Below are positions 62,327 to 64,000 of a stretch of 64,000 nt of DNA, piece after piece. A program made the translations under genes and the position numbers. The notes under the pieces are model-generated. The model ran no database searches. It was not told the DNA's origin and saw nothing but the letters and a program-made list of their open reading frames with translations. Origin of the DNA: a virus (lineage: Duplodnaviria > Caudoviricetes); the IMG/VR virus record IMGVR_UViG_3300037484_000235, positions 96,001 to 160,000 of that record. One strand, 5' to 3'. Within the stretch, counting starts at the first letter, position 1. The number at the start of each line of letters is the position of its first letter.

Positions 62327-63844
62327 ATGCCTTTCATGCGATATGCTAATGCCCGTTCAATCAACCCTCGCGTACAGGGGACGGCTTGGGACAACATTCG
62401 TATTGCCTCTGGCAAGCCACGGATGGATCGAAGTCTTGTAGACCAAGCCAGTAAGATTCTCAAAGCAGAGTTTGACCCGTCCAAGTTCTTGCTCACGCAT
62501 GCCACAATCGTTGCAAGCGTGGATACGATCCCTGGACCTAGCACAAGGCTCGGGGCCGTCACTGAGGACGGTAAGAAGATCGTTCGCAAGACAGCTAACT
62601 ACCGCATCAAATCCGGTTGTGATCGGTATGCAAATAACAATCTTGATGCGTGGGCACGATCGGTTCTTCTCAAGTCCTACAAAACATTCATCGGAGCAAA
62701 CTCTTTCGTTGAACACGTTCAGATTCAAGAGATGTCCAAGGGGCGCATCATTGACGCTGTGGCACGGGACATCGGAGATTCGGTCTACGTAGACATTCTG
62801 ATTGCCAATGACCGGAAACACGCGAGTCTGATCAAGGACATCGAGAGTGGAAAACTTTCCACTCTGAGCATGGGATGCAGTATAGATGGCTCGACGTGCA
62901 CGAAGTGCGGTCATTGGGCTGCCGATGAGACAGAGTTCTGCGACCATGTCCGCCATGAGAAGGGCAACACCTTCTATGGTGAGGATGGGCAAAAGTATCG
63001 GGTAGCAGAGCTTTGCGGTGACGAGAGCCTTGACCCCACTGGCGGGGTAACATTCATCGAGGCCTCTTGGGTTGAGACACCTGCGTTCACAGGTGCCGTT
63101 GCCCGGAACGTTCTCACTGTAGATTCCAAGTCCGAGAAAAAGGCTGCCAAGAGGATCCAGACAGTGTTCGAATCACCATCCCCACAGGTCAATCCTGCGG
63201 CCATGAAAAAGGCTGCTTTCGATTTGTCGGCAGATATGTTTGATGAGGAGCCGGAGACTCCTAATGAACTCCCAGTAGAGAAGCCGGAAGCCCCGGCTGA
63301 GACCCCGTCTGATGAGACCCCTGCGGCACCGGCCACAAAGGAGCCATCGGCCCTATCTGGGATCCAGGATGACCTCAAAAAGTTCGTTCTGGATTCGGTT
63401 CAAGATCAGTTGAAGTCAGAATTGGAGAAGTCGAAGATCAGGGATCAGGCGGGCCTACCATCTTCCGATGCCCCCAATGACACTGTGGTCAAGCAAGCTC
63501 GGGTTCAACGTAGAGCGGGGATGAAGAGGGCGTACAGTGCTTCTCTTCGGGAAATCCTTGCTACGTCTGGAACGGATGCTGATTTGATGAATCGAGTAGC
63601 CACCCTTAATATGGAAATCGGGATCCAAGTTCCCGTTTCTGTCTATAGAGGAGCGCTAAAGGTTGGAGCCCGAAATTCTTATCGGGATGTCAATCTGTTT
63701 CTGAGAGCTGCTTCAAAAGCTCTTGGACATCAACCTACCCCCAACGAGGCGCGAACGATGATTCGTCTGGCGTCCCTGTTGGAGGCACATCGGTACACTC
63801 GGCGTCACGCCGACCAGAATCGTTCGAAGGAGAATCTCAAATGA
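62327..63844 (+). CDS. putative prohead (capsid maturation) protease
   Basis: FVEH, IESGKLSTLSMGC, CTKC..FCDH, FIEASWVETPAF. Confidence 0.7.
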   Translation: MPFMRYANARSINPRVQGTAWDNIRIASGKPRMDRSLVDQASKILKAEFDPSKFLLTHATIVASVDTIPGPSTRLGAVTEDGKKIVRKTANYRIKSGCDRYANNNLDAWARSVLLKSYKTFIGANSFVEHVQIQEMSKGRIIDAVARDIGDSVYVDILIANDRKHASLIKDIESGKLSTLSMGCSIDGSTCTKCGHWAADETEFCDHVRHEKGNTFYGEDGQKYRVAELCGDESLDPTGGVTFIEASWVETPAFTGAVARNVLTVDSKSEKKAAKRIQTVFESPSPQVNPAAMKKAAFDLSADMFDEEPETPNELPVEKPEAPAETPSDETPAAPATKEPSALSGIQDDLKKFVLDSVQDQLKSELEKSKIRDQAGLPSSDAPNDTVVKQARVQRRAGMKRAYSASLREILATSGTDADLMNRVATLNMEIGIQVPVSVYRGALKVGARNSYRDVNLFLRAASKALGHQPTPNEARTMIRLASLLEAHRYTRRHADQNRSKENLK

Positions 63845-64000
63845 CCCGACGCGTGCGCATGACATGGTCCGATAAGAAGGCTTCGGCCGCTCCGGCAACC
63901 CCTCAGGGAGAGTCTGATCATCCTGCTACGCAGCCTGATCCAGAGGCCGACGACTACATGAATGGTAGTCCCTCTTCGTGGGCAGAAGACCCAACGAAGG
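63841..64000 (+). CDS. partial ORF, probable scaffold/capsid precursor
   Basis: MTRRVRMTWSDKKASA.., runs off the window. Confidence 0.5.
   Translation, partial: MTRRVRMTWSDKKASAAPATPQGESDHPATQPDPEADDYMNGSPSSWAEDPTK

Overview
A 64-kb segment of a large (jumbo-type) tailed bacteriophage genome, apparently in the standard bacterial code. It has four parts. (1) 1-6.2 kb: hypothetical, sigma-like and zincin-like genes. (2) 6.3-20.9 kb: an RNA island with 49 canonical tRNA genes (read by eye) covering all 20 amino acids. It also holds three HNH genes, one HTH-LAGLIDADG-like gene, a Ro60/TROVE (rsr) gene and about 15 non-canonical tRNA-derived or long-stem RNAs. These include three circularly permuted YrlA-type tRNA mimics, a Y-RNA-like stem directly behind rsr and several tRNAs whose anticodon arm is closed, shrunk or replaced. 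(3) 21-45 kb: a bacterial-style replication/recombination module with HolB, HolA, NrdJ, RecD2, SSB, RuvC, RecA, a split SbcC, a DNA methyltransferase carrying an in-frame antisense endonuclease gene, DnaN, primase, DnaX, NusG and a sigma/HTH protein. (4) 45-64 kb: virion genes (terminase, portal, prohead protease, putative head-internal proteins sharing an RVAxR..KxA motif) and an RNA-repair HAD / topoisomerase IB fusion. The best candidates for new biology are the Ro60 plus multi-Y-RNA/tRNA-mimic system, the sense/antisense endonuclease insert in the methyltransferase and the HAD-TopoIB polyprotein. All structures and family calls are manual, and RNA ends may be off by a few nt.
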